Shown piece after piece: positions 38,430 through 47,059 of a DNA stretch of 64,000 nucleotides (its first letter is position 1; each line of letters starts with the position of its first letter). Both the position numbers and the translations under genes were made by a program. This DNA comes from Patescibacteria group bacterium. GTDB taxonomy: Bacteria > Patescibacteriota > Patescibacteriia > UBA9934. The notes under the pieces were generated by a model that searched no databases, was not told where the DNA came from, and saw nothing but the letters and a program-made list of their open reading frames with translations. The stretch spans positions 10,446 through 74,445 of the forward strand of contig JBAZUI010000003.1 of the NCBI GenBank assembly GCA_041661425.1. The letters are read 5' to 3'.

Positions 38430-40082
38430 CTAGTAGTTGGACTTCGTGACCCGCACGGCCGGACATCCACCCGAAGGTGTGTGGCCGGGTCGGGGCACGC
38501 AGTCCTCGAGGAGGGGCGAGCCGTCGACGAGGATCGTGCGATCGCTCACCGTGGCGCCAGCCACCTCGATACGGTAGCGCACTCCATCGATTTTTCCGCA
38601 CCCCACCACCACGCCGGAGTCGTTCCGGTAGGCAATGTAGGTGTGGAAGATCTCCGGCGCCGGAGTTTCTGCCGCGCTGACCTCGGCCACGGTCGTGATG
38701 GCTGGCTCTGATTTCCACTCGGGGAGCTTGGGCCAGCCAACCTCGGGGATCGCGACATCCGGCATGCTCGGACGCCAGGTAGGCATGGCCGGCAGGCTGA
38801 TGGTCGGCGCCTTCGGCCAGGTGATGGCCGGAGCCTTGGGCAGATTCGGGATGGAGATGCGGGGCATCTCCACCTTGGGCCAAGTCCAGGGCTCATTGGG
38901 CGGCGGAGATTCTTCCTCCTCGAGTGCGGTGAGGAGCGCGGGGTCGGGCTTTGCCTCGACCATCACGAGCTTCTCCTGGGGCGCATCAACGAGGATCAAC
39001 CCGTCGAGCTGACCCACGAGCACGAGGACGAGAACGGTGAGTGTGACACCCACTATGAACTCGAACCCCATCGCGACCGCTCCCCACGTCGCGATGCGTT
39101 TGACGAGCGAAGGCTGTCTTGGCCTTGCTTCGCGTGGAGTTGCCGGTGGCGGAGCATAGCGACGCTCCTGTGCCGGGGTCGTACTCCAGGCGAGTAGTTC
39201 CTCGTCTTCCCAGACGTCCCCGTCGGACGCGTTCCTCTCAGGCGCAGGCCTCACGGTCACAACATCATTGGGGTCGATGTCGATCACGATCGGCCGTGGA
39301 ACCCGTGGGGCGTGCTGGGGAGCTGGCGTCCGTTGCTCGGCGAGGACCGGGAGCTGATCCTCCTCCCACTCGACCATCACAGGCCTTGGGCCTGGGGCGC
39401 GGTAGAATTGCCCGAGGTCCGGCATCATCTTCTTGGTCGATCCGATGACTGCTGGGAGCAGCCGCGCATCGCCCGTATCTTCGTCCAGTATGAAGATCGG
39501 GGCTTCTTCGTCGATTTCGATCACCGCCCCATCGGTCGGGTCGGCGTCGGGATCGATGAACTCGAGGTTGCTGAAGTCATCGAGAACAGTTTCCGCCCGG
39601 GACCAGGTACCCTTGGGAGCTGTCCAGATCCCCAGCTCATCCGCGAGAGCCTGGATGTGCCTCTCGAACTCCCTCGAGATCTTCAAGAGGGAGGTCGCGA
39701 TCACTGCGACAGCCTCGGGAATCGGGAAGTCGGAGAGAACATCAGTCTGTTCTTTTTTCATCTTCTCGATGTCGCCCATGGTCGGACGACGGGGAAGGCT
39801 CGCAATGAGCATCCTGTGGTGTGCGAGCATGGTTTCCACGCTCTGCACACCTTCGAGAACTTCGTCGGCACCCACTGCCTTCTTGCAGAATGCAGCGAGT
39901 TCGACTCGAAGGGGCTCGAAGAAGTCGCTGACATCCTTTGGCGGGATTTCCACCTCAATCAGCAGGGATGTCGCGAGCTCCTTGAACACGATGCCTACCG
40001 AGAAGAACGGTGCATCGTCTTTCTGAATGTTCTCGAGACAGGCAACAGCATAACGGACAGAAGCCTTGAAAGTGTCGAGCAT
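38430..40082 (-). CDS. Hypothetical membrane protein of high-GC island 1 (cytoplasmic N-domain, TM, Pro-rich ectodomain with WPK repeats and Cys-containing C-terminal module)
   Basis: GC3 near 90%, unlike host genes. Opposite-strand ORFs are low-complexity mirrors. Confidence 0.5.
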   Translation of the reverse strand: MLDTFKASVRYAVACLENIQKDDAPFFSVGIVFKELATSLLIEVEIPPKDVSDFFEPLRVELAAFCKKAVGADEVLEGVQSVETMLAHHRMLIASLPRRPTMGDIEKMKKEQTDVLSDFPIPEAVAVIATSLLKISREFERHIQALADELGIWTAPKGTWSRAETVLDDFSNLEFIDPDADPTDGAVIEIDEEAPIFILDEDTGDARLLPAVIGSTKKMMPDLGQFYRAPGPRPVMVEWEEDQLPVLAEQRTPAPQHAPRVPRPIVIDIDPNDVVTVRPAPERNASDGDVWEDEELLAWSTTPAQERRYAPPPATPREARPRQPSLVKRIATWGAVAMGFEFIVGVTLTVLVLVLVGQLDGLILVDAPQEKLVMVEAKPDPALLTALEEEESPPPNEPWTWPKVEMPRISIPNLPKAPAITWPKAPTISLPAMPTWRPSMPDVAIPEVGWPKLPEWKSEPAITTVAEVSAAETPAPEIFHTYIAYRNDSGVVVGCGKIDGVRYRIEVAGATVSDRTILVDGSPLLEDCVPRPGHTPSGGCPAVRVTKSNY

Positions 40083-40255
40083 TCTCCCCTCCCGGGGTTT
40101 GCGGTTTTTGTGGTTGGATAACAGAAAGTTTGAAAAGAACAGAGGGGAACATTAACAAAAAAAATGCGTCTTGTCAACGCATGATCTTAAACGAAAATGC
40201 CCCCCGACCGAAGTTAGACTTCAATCGGGGAGCAGGGGCCTGACAGACGGGAGCG

Positions 40256-41782
40256 CTAGTTGATGCGCTCGACCGTTGGGCAGGCCCGGCTGGCGGGGGT
40301 CGTCTCGCCAGGATTGCCGGTGAGGCAATCCCAGGCCACGGGCTTGCCGCGGTAGCGGCAGGCACCGTCCTCGGCGGGCTTCACATTGAGCCCGTTGAGG
40401 AAGTACTGCCCGCCCGTGGTGGGGCGGACCACGACCGCGCCGTGTCCGGCGACCTGGCGGCCACACGGCACGAAAGCCGTGGGCACCGGCGGGGCCGCGG
40501 GCTGCTCGAGGGCGCTGAGGCGCGCCTCGAGGTCGGCCAGGGCCTCGTCCGTGTCGGACGAGGCGACTGGGACGGGGGTGACCACCACCGGGATCGTCTC
40601 GACGACGGCCGGGGTGCTCACCCACCACCAGCCGCCGATTCCGGTGGTCCCCACGAGGCCGGCGCACAGGGCGCAGGCCAGGAGGAGGGCGAGCAGGGCA
40701 ACGAGGCCCAGACACCCGCCCTTCCACCATCCCCACCAGCCGTTGCCCTTGGCGGGCGGGTCGGCGGGGGGATCGGCCACCGCCACCTTCTTGGTGGGCG
40801 GCTCGTCCGGCGGGCCACCGGCCATGGCCGCGAGGCCGATGACCGGGACCACGGGGATGAACGGTGGCGGGGCCACGGCGCGGGGCGCCGGGGCCGGGTC
40901 GGTGTCGGCCGCCGCCTTGTCCACGGCCGCGCTGAGCGCGGCGTCGTGGTTGGGGCCGGCGGGCGGGTCGGCCACGGTCGCCTTGGGGGCGATCTTGGCC
41001 GTGGCATCCCCGGGGTCGGGCACCACGGCCGCGAGGACCGTGGGGACCGGGCGCGGCGGGAGGCTCGGGCCCTTGGGGGGCTCGGGCTCGGCCGGGGCCG
41101 GGGTGGCGGCGGGCGGGTCGGTGGGCGAGGAGGCGATCACCTCCTCATCCTCATCCTCGTCCTCGTCGTCCGCGTCGGTGTCGGTCGGGTCGGGCTCGAC
41201 CGGGGCAGCCTCGGTAGCCGCCTTGGCCGCCTCGACGGCCTGCTCGGCCCGGTGGGCCGCGGCGCGGGCCGCCTCGGCCGTGGCCTCGGCGGTATCGGCC
41301 TCGGCCTTGCGGCCGTCGGCGATCGCCTCGGCCGAGCCGGCCTTGTCGGCGGCCTCGTCCGCCTTTCGGCCGAGGTCGTCGTCGTCGGGGCTGGCCTCGG
41401 CCACGGCGTCGGCCTTCTTGGCGATCTTCCGGAGCCGTTCGGCCTCGATCACGGCGGCCTCGGCCAGCGACTTTTTGCCGCCGGCGATGGCCGCAAGCAC
41501 CATGAGCTCGTCGGCCTTGAGCCGCTCCCAGAAGGCCACGACCTCGGGGTCGATTGACGACTCGTCGGTTTTGGCGAAGGCGTCGAGCGCCTCGGTCGCG
41601 GCGACGATCTGCTCGCGCAGCTCGCCGAGCTCGAGGTTGAGCTCTTCGGCCTCATCGGTCTTGGCCTCGGCCTCGAGCTTGGCCTTGGTGGCCAGGAACT
41701 CGGCGACCGACTCCGCCATGAGCTGGCGGAGGGCCGCGAGGGTCGCGGCGGAGGCGGGGGTGACGGCGGGGGTCTGGGTCAT
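40256..41782 (-). CDS. Hypothetical membrane protein of high-GC island 1 (Ala/Glu-rich coiled-coil N-terminus, poly-acidic tract, TM, Trp cluster, Cys-containing C-terminal module)
   Basis: Same architecture as the 38430 gene, so probably a paralog. Very high GC3. Confidence 0.5.
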   Translation of the reverse strand: MTQTPAVTPASAATLAALRQLMAESVAEFLATKAKLEAEAKTDEAEELNLELGELREQIVAATEALDAFAKTDESSIDPEVVAFWERLKADELMVLAAIAGGKKSLAEAAVIEAERLRKIAKKADAVAEASPDDDDLGRKADEAADKAGSAEAIADGRKAEADTAEATAEAARAAAHRAEQAVEAAKAATEAAPVEPDPTDTDADDEDEDEDEEVIASSPTDPPAATPAPAEPEPPKGPSLPPRPVPTVLAAVVPDPGDATAKIAPKATVADPPAGPNHDAALSAAVDKAAADTDPAPAPRAVAPPPFIPVVPVIGLAAMAGGPPDEPPTKKVAVADPPADPPAKGNGWWGWWKGGCLGLVALLALLLACALCAGLVGTTGIGGWWWVSTPAVVETIPVVVTPVPVASSDTDEALADLEARLSALEQPAAPPVPTAFVPCGRQVAGHGAVVVRPTTGGQYFLNGLNVKPAEDGACRYRGKPVAWDCLTGNPGETTPASRACPTVERIN

Positions 41783-42070
41783 CGGAAACTCCTTGCCCTC
41801 TTGGAGGGCAATGGGGGTGGTGGATATTTGCCAGGGGGTCAGCTTCTCGGTCGACCCCTGGCGGGTTCTTCAGATGTAAATGAAGGAGATCGCCCCTTTT
41901 TGAGGTTTTAAGGCCTCTTAAAGGGACGATTCCAGGCTTGAACTGGACCGGGTATTATAGCAGAAAAACAGCGATTTGTCAATGATTCAAATGAAAAAAT
42001 CGCCTTATCTTGGCGAAATTCATGGGCAGGTCACAGACCTGCCCGTACGCAAATCAATCAAAACAAAAAG

Positions 42071-42098
42071 GGCGGCCACCTGGGGCCGCCCCTACCGA
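42071..42098 (-). terminator. Rho-independent terminator of rplT
   Basis: GGCGGCC-acctgg-GGCCGCC followed by a T-run on the minus strand. Confidence 0.7.
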
Positions 42099-42104
42099 TA
42101 TCAA

Positions 42105-42452
42105 TTATTTCTGTACCTCGGCAATAATCTTCTTAAAAATCTCTGGGTATTTTTCTGCCATGGTTGCGAGGATCTTACGATCCAATCGGCTTCCTGCCAA
42201 TTTCAATCCATTGATCAACTTGGAATAGGTGGTGCCATTGGCGCGTGCGCCGGCATTGATCTTTACCGTCCAAAGTGAACGGAAATCACGCTTACGGGCT
42301 CGGCGATCGCGGAAGGCATAACGCCCGGCCTTAAGCATGGCCGTGCGGGCCAAGCGGATTTTGCTCTCACGTCCCCATCCATAGCCTTTAACGGCCTTCA
42401 TGAGATTGGCGCGACGTTTTGTATGTTGGACTCCTCGTTTAACGCGTGGCAT
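42105..42452 (-). CDS. rplT: 50S ribosomal protein L20
   Basis: MPRVKRGVQHTKRR... Confidence 0.95.
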   Translation of the reverse strand: MPRVKRGVQHTKRRANLMKAVKGYGWGRESKIRLARTAMLKAGRYAFRDRRARKRDFRSLWTVKINAGARANGTTYSKLINGLKLAGSRLDRKILATMAEKYPEIFKKIIAEVQK

Positions 42453-42455
42453 AAC

Positions 42456-42656
42456 TTATTCGTGATTCGATAAAAGCGAAAGAATCGTTTTTTTCAACGT
42501 ATTCGGCATGGTGATATCGCGTCGCTTATTGCGGCGGGTATTGCCTGTTTCGCGGGAATTAAAATGATCCTGTCCGCATTTACGCTTGAGGATTTTTCCG
42601 TTTTTGGTGATTTTCACTCGCTTAGCAAGTGCTTTGTAAGTCTTGAGCGCTGGCAT
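42456..42656 (-). CDS. rpmI: 50S ribosomal protein L35
   Basis: 66 aa basic protein between infC and rplT. Confidence 0.9.
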   Translation of the reverse strand: MPALKTYKALAKRVKITKNGKILKRKCGQDHFNSRETGNTRRNKRRDITMPNTLKKTILSLLSNHE

Positions 42657-42697
42657 AATGTGGCAGTATAGTAGGAGAAACTTTAATTTTCGTCAAG

Positions 42698-42808
42698 TTT
42701 TTTGGATCAAGGATAAACTCGATGAGATGTTGGCGCGTGGGGAAGCAAGCCTCCGAGACGTACACATTGTACGAAGAGGAGGTTGCGGGGCCCCACAAAC
42801 CAACAGAT
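42698..42808 (-). ncRNA. Copy A of a ~106-nt structured intergenic element (infC-rpmI spacer)
   Basis: Reverse complement aligns with copies at 53364 and 62466. Ends are conserved and internal helices carry compensatory changes. Confidence 0.55.
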
Positions 42809-42827
42809 CGCGAGTTTATCATTGATC

Positions 42828-43379
42828 TTATGAATTTTTAGCAACGATCATATTCATACGCCCTTCCATCTTCGAAATCGGCGATTCAATGCGAACGTCC
42901 ATTTCTTCACGGATGGAATCAAGGAAGGTGTGCATAATATCCTCGGCACGTTCGGCATAGGCCTTTTCACGGCCTCGTAAAATTAACTCAATACGAATTT
43001 TATCACCTTGCTCCAAGAATTTGACTGCTTGATTTTTGCGAATTTCCAAATCACCCTGACCAATGCGTAGCGAAAGCCGAATCCCTTTCACATCAACTTC
43101 CTTACTCTGGGCGCGCTGTTTGCGCATTTCTTTTTCCTTTTGATATTTAAACGCGCCATAATCCATCAATCGGCAAACTGGTGGCACGGCTTTTGGCGAG
43201 ACTTCAATCAAATCAAGTCCAGCTTCCTCGGCGCGAGCCAAAGCCGCAGGGACGGTAAGAACTTCATTTGCTCCGGCATCATCAATTAATCGTATTTCCG
43301 GTGCAATAATTTTTTCATTCACCCGATACTGGGGAATGTTGAACTTTGGTTTAAAATGGCGGTGTCTGTGAATGCGCAT
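42828..43379 (-). CDS. infC: Translation initiation factor IF-3
   Basis: Classic IF3 N- and C-domains. Probable non-ATG start as usual for infC. Confidence 0.9.
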   Translation of the reverse strand: MRIHRHRHFKPKFNIPQYRVNEKIIAPEIRLIDDAGANEVLTVPAALARAEEAGLDLIEVSPKAVPPVCRLMDYGAFKYQKEKEMRKQRAQSKEVDVKGIRLSLRIGQGDLEIRKNQAVKFLEQGDKIRIELILRGREKAYAERAEDIMHTFLDSIREEMDVRIESPISKMEGRMNMIVAKNS

Positions 43380-43637
43380 GGGTGATGGATATTTGTTTCA
43401 AAATTTGTGGCAAATTTTCGTCATTCTGAGGCCAACCTGTCCTTCGAAGCCCAAAGGGCGAAGGAGGAAGGCCGAATGAATCTCTTGAGCGATTATTAAG
43501 AGATCCTTCGCTTTGCTCAGGATGACGGCGGGGGACTGAGTCCTCCTACGCTCCTCGGCATCGCTTCGGAGCTTCGGAGGACAACCTTCGCTTCAGCTGG
43601 CAGGGTGGCCTGCCAACCGTAGCTTCAGCGAAGCTGA
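43380..43637 (-). promoter_or_regulatory. Highly structured leader upstream of infC-rpmI-rplT (candidate L20-type autoregulatory leader and/or repeat-derived)
   Basis: CGTCATTCTGAGG pairs with CTCAGGATGACGG ~130 nt away with a G-U. Several nested hairpins. Shares the CGTCATTGCGAG motif family. Confidence 0.35.
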
Positions 43638-44039
43638 AGCGAAGGTTGGTGGACCTGGGGAGAATTGAACTCCCGTCTGGTCAGTAAATCCTTCACAATT
43701 GTTTTACAAGTTTTGCTCTACTTAATTTGCGTCCAGGGGATCGAAGCAGAGCGAAAATCCCAAGGAACGTTCTGATGGGCCATAGAATGCTTTTCGTCCA
43801 TCAGGAAGCGAAGGCATCCACCTTTGGTTATGACACTCGATCTGATTCTTAAGGTTCAAATCAGGGAGCGGGCGGTCACCTAATTAGGCGACGGCCATGG
43901 CAAGGGAAGGCATGCGGAACATGTCTTTCACCTTTGTGACAACATTGGCATGTGTCGATTGCGCATAGCTATGACGGGAGATGCGCCTCCCGACTTGATT
44001 GGGAAGGGTTAAACTCTGCCATCGATTCCTGGCAGGCCC
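43638..44039 (-). ncRNA. ssrA: tmRNA (ssrA)
   Basis: Minus-strand 5' end GGGCCUGCCAGGAAUCGAUGGCAG matches tmRNA 5' consensus GGGGCUGAUUCUGGAUUCGACGGG. 3' end GGACGGGAGUUCAAUUCUCCCCAGGUCCACCA is a tRNA-Ala-like T-arm/acceptor/CCA. G3:U70 pair. Just downstream of smpB. Confidence 0.75.
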
Positions 44040-44060
44040 ACGTTAGGACTTCCGCCTTTA

Positions 44061-44175
44061 GCGCATAGCTTTGTCAAAAACCTCCGCACTTCGTCACCGT
44101 ACGCATTGGTACGGCTCCTCGTTGCTCGGTTTTTTCCTCGCTCTGCATCTAAAGGCGAAAGTCCTAAAAGTTCTC
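44061..44175 (+). repeat. Copy 1 of a ~115-bp conserved intergenic element (second copy at 46938-47043)
   Basis: Shared ends GCGCATARCTTTGTCRAAA ... CTCGYTCTGCATCYAAA..CTAAAAGTTCT. Internal hairpin covaries (CCGTAC/GTACGG vs CGGAC/GTCCG). Confidence 0.5.
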
Positions 44176-44178
44176 ATT

Positions 44179-44658
44179 TTATTTAAAGCGCGTTTTTTTG
44201 AGCTCCTCGCGCATCTGCTTTTCAATTGAGCGTTTCTTGAGGCTTTCGCGTTTTTCGTACTTCTTTTTTCCACGTCCAACGCCAAACTCAAGTTTCACTA
44301 AATCGCCCTTAGTATAGACAGAAATTGGGAGAATCGTCAACCCATCAGCCTGTTTTTTTCCAATGAGGGTATTGATTTCATTGCGGTGCACCAGCACCTT
44401 GCGATCGTGCGTGGGATCATAATCTTTTTGCTCACCCGCTGGCGCGTATTTTCCAATGTGCATGTTCTTGAGAAAGAGCTGATTATTTTGGATCGTTAAA
44501 AATGCTCCTTTCAGATTGATGCTCCCGCGTTTTGCCGCTTTTACTTCCGCACCACTCAAAACCAGTCCGCCCTCGTATTTTGAGAGGATGTCATAATCGA
44601 ATCTGGCACGTTTGTTGACAGCGAGTGTTGGCACAAGAATTTTATGATACAATAACAT
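44179..44658 (-). CDS. smpB: SsrA-binding protein SmpB
   Basis: RARFDYDILSKYEGGLVLSGAEVK... Confidence 0.9.
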   Translation of the reverse strand: MLLYHKILVPTLAVNKRARFDYDILSKYEGGLVLSGAEVKAAKRGSINLKGAFLTIQNNQLFLKNMHIGKYAPAGEQKDYDPTHDRKVLVHRNEINTLIGKKQADGLTILPISVYTKGDLVKLEFGVGRGKKKYEKRESLKKRSIEKQMREELKKTRFK

Positions 44659-44663
44659 AAACT

Positions 44664-45746
44664 ATGACCGTTAAAAAGGAGGACGCGTCCGTGAAGCGCG
44701 CAATAAGCGTTTCCATTACCCCGGGAACGATTCTGACGATTTTTGCGATTGGGTGTTTGGCAGCGCTTGTCTTTTATTTGCGGAATTTGATTCCGGTTTT
44801 TTTGGCAGCGCTTTATATTGCCGCGCTTGTGAACCCGTATGCAAATTGGGGCGCGCGTCTTCATTTACCAAAAGGAGTTTCGGTTGGGATTCTCTACATT
44901 GTGGGACTGCTTTTTATTTGCGGAGTCCTGATTCTTATTCTTCCAACGCTTGTGGGGCAGGTTCAAGAAGCATTTACAAATTACCCCGGGATCATTACGG
45001 GTTTCTTTGGGAATGATCCATTGGTACGCGCCATGATCAATGGCACATGGTTCGATCTCAATCTTGAACAAATGATTATCTCCGTCCAACATTCCGGCGT
45101 GCAAGAAAGCCTGCCACAGATTGTGACCGCGATCACCAATGCATTTTCGGGAATTGTGACGGGGTTGCTTGTTTTGATTCTTGCGTTTTATCTTGTGGTC
45201 GATGGATCGTCCATTCGCGGAAGTCTCCATCTTATTATGCCGTCGTCTGCAAAACGTTTTGTGCTCGAAGTGCTTCCGATTGTCAAAACGAAAATCAGTT
45301 TGTGGTTGCGCGGTCAGCTGATCATCATGATCACGATGTTTACGATTACCTATATTTCTCTTTCGATTCTTGGGGTGCCGTATGCCTTACTCCTCGCTCT
45401 TCTCACCGGGCTTTTGGAAATCATTCCATTTCTTGGACCGATTATTGCGGCGGTTCCATCCATTATTCTCGCTTTTACGGTCTCGCCTGTCATGGCAGTG
45501 CTCGTGGCTATTCTCTATTTTGTGATGGAACAACTTGAAGGTGATTTACTCACACCAAAGATCATGCAACAGACGATCGGCTTGCATCCGATTGTCACGA
45601 TTGGCTCTTTGCTTGTAGGGTATGAAATAGGGGGTGTTGTGGGAGCGCTCTTGGCCGTGCCAACCGCAATGGTCGTGAGTGTTTCCTTGCACGAGTGGCA
45701 TCACTTAACATCAAAAAAGAAAACGTATGCACGAACAACATCTTAG
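44664..45746 (+). CDS. AI-2E family transporter (PerM/YhhT-like)
   Basis: 8 TM, LLTGLLEIIPFLGPIIAAVP signature. Confidence 0.75.
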   Translation: MTVKKEDASVKRAISVSITPGTILTIFAIGCLAALVFYLRNLIPVFLAALYIAALVNPYANWGARLHLPKGVSVGILYIVGLLFICGVLILILPTLVGQVQEAFTNYPGIITGFFGNDPLVRAMINGTWFDLNLEQMIISVQHSGVQESLPQIVTAITNAFSGIVTGLLVLILAFYLVVDGSSIRGSLHLIMPSSAKRFVLEVLPIVKTKISLWLRGQLIIMITMFTITYISLSILGVPYALLLALLTGLLEIIPFLGPIIAAVPSIILAFTVSPVMAVLVAILYFVMEQLEGDLLTPKIMQQTIGLHPIVTIGSLLVGYEIGGVVGALLAVPTAMVVSVSLHEWHHLTSKKKTYARTTS

Positions 45747-46113
45747 AGTCTGGCTGCCGTTTTTGGGCATTGGATTGATTCTGGGCGCCACGGTTATTGT
45801 CGCCAGTTGGATGATGCTTGCGGAAGGCGGAAAAGCACAAGATTCGCCGATCGCGCAAGTGGAAACTAGCGAAGCGCCATCGCCCGAAGTTTACGAGAAG
45901 CAAATACATGACATGATCGGCATGGTTGATGTTTGGAGTGCGAATGAGATGTATGGAATTTTATTGAGTATGCGCGTGCCGTCAGATTATCGCGAGTTCC
46001 ACTTCGCGCTCGTGCAAGCGCTTGAAGATTTACGCGACGGGAAAGTCGAAGAAGGGAAGTCGGCGATCGAAGCGTTAAAAGTCGTCTATCCTTGGCTTGC
46101 GAATCTTCCGTAA
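45727..46113 (+). CDS. Hypothetical membrane-anchored protein
   Basis: ORF with N-terminal TM, in operon position. Confidence 0.4.
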   Translation: MHEQHLRVWLPFLGIGLILGATVIVASWMMLAEGGKAQDSPIAQVETSEAPSPEVYEKQIHDMIGMVDVWSANEMYGILLSMRVPSDYREFHFALVQALEDLRDGKVEEGKSAIEALKVVYPWLANLP

Positions 46114-46916
46114 TGTCACTTCCCATGATTTTACTTCACCGTATCACGTCATTCTTCGTTTCGGCTCTGGCGGCCGGGGGATATTATTTTTTGATTTTTC
46201 ATCCGTTCGTCGAGGGATCCTCTATCGATCGCGTGACCGCATTGATCGCCATGGGAAGTGTCGCACTTCTTTCAGCTTTGCTCCTTTCGCGATTGCTCAA
46301 ATGGGAAGTCACCTCATTTTCTTTTTGGATTTTTTTGAGCGTTCCCATGTTTGTGATCATTTCGTCATTTTGCCTTTATCTTTTTCTTGAGATTCTTGCA
46401 CTGAAGATTATTCTTGCGCTCATGGTGAGTCTAGCGCTCTGGCTGTATACGGAAAATCTTTTTGCGTTTTATCATCTGCCCGCCGCCTATCAAGCCTATG
46501 CCTTGGAATATCTTTCCGTGATTCTTTATTTGCTTTCTTGTTTTTTCTTTGCGAGCAGTGCGTATGGCGCGCAAATGTTTTTGCAATATCCCATTTGGAT
46601 GCTCTCCATTGCGATGTTCTGGGTGGTTATTCTTGCGACGGCGGGAGTCTTTTGGGTGAGCAAAGTCGATTCCGAAACGAGTATGCTCTATGCCATTGTT
46701 GGTGCCATTATGCTCACGGAAGGGTATGTCGTCATCGGGTTGCTTCCAACAAGTTTTCTTACGAACGGAGCGGCGTTTACGGTGCTTCTGTATTTATTCT
46801 TCGGACTTTCGCGTGCGCATGTGCTCGAAAAGCTCACGCGTCCGGTGGCCTCACGCTATCTTGGGATCGCCGGAGCGTTTATGGTATTGGTTTTTTTAAC
46901 CGCAAGATGGTTTTAA
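46092..46916 (+). CDS. Hypothetical polytopic membrane protein (8 TM)
   Basis: Continuous hydrophobic ORF. Confidence 0.45.
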   Translation: MACESSVMSLPMILLHRITSFFVSALAAGGYYFLIFHPFVEGSSIDRVTALIAMGSVALLSALLLSRLLKWEVTSFSFWIFLSVPMFVIISSFCLYLFLEILALKIILALMVSLALWLYTENLFAFYHLPAAYQAYALEYLSVILYLLSCFFFASSAYGAQMFLQYPIWMLSIAMFWVVILATAGVFWVSKVDSETSMLYAIVGAIMLTEGYVVIGLLPTSFLTNGAAFTVLLYLFFGLSRAHVLEKLTRPVASRYLGIAGAFMVLVFLTARWF

Positions 46917-46937
46917 TATGCAGGACTTTTGTCTTTG

Positions 46938-47043
46938 GCGCATAACTTTGTCGAAACCTTCGTTTTTCGTTCAACGGACATCTGGGTCCGTCTCACGAAA
47001 AGCCTTTGTTTCTCCTCGTTCTGCATCCAAATCTAAAAGTTCT
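46938..47043 (+). repeat. Copy 2 of the ~115-bp conserved intergenic element
   Basis: See copy 1 at 44061-44175. Confidence 0.5.
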
Positions 47044-47059
47044 TTTTCACATAAGTATG

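Noticed and set aside
40386-41879. Long plus-strand ORFs (497 aa, 371 aa, 129 aa) in high-GC island 1
   Set aside because: High-GC DNA yields long mirror ORFs. Products are Ala/Gly/Arg low-complexity. The minus-strand ORFs have protein-like domain architecture and GC3 >85%.
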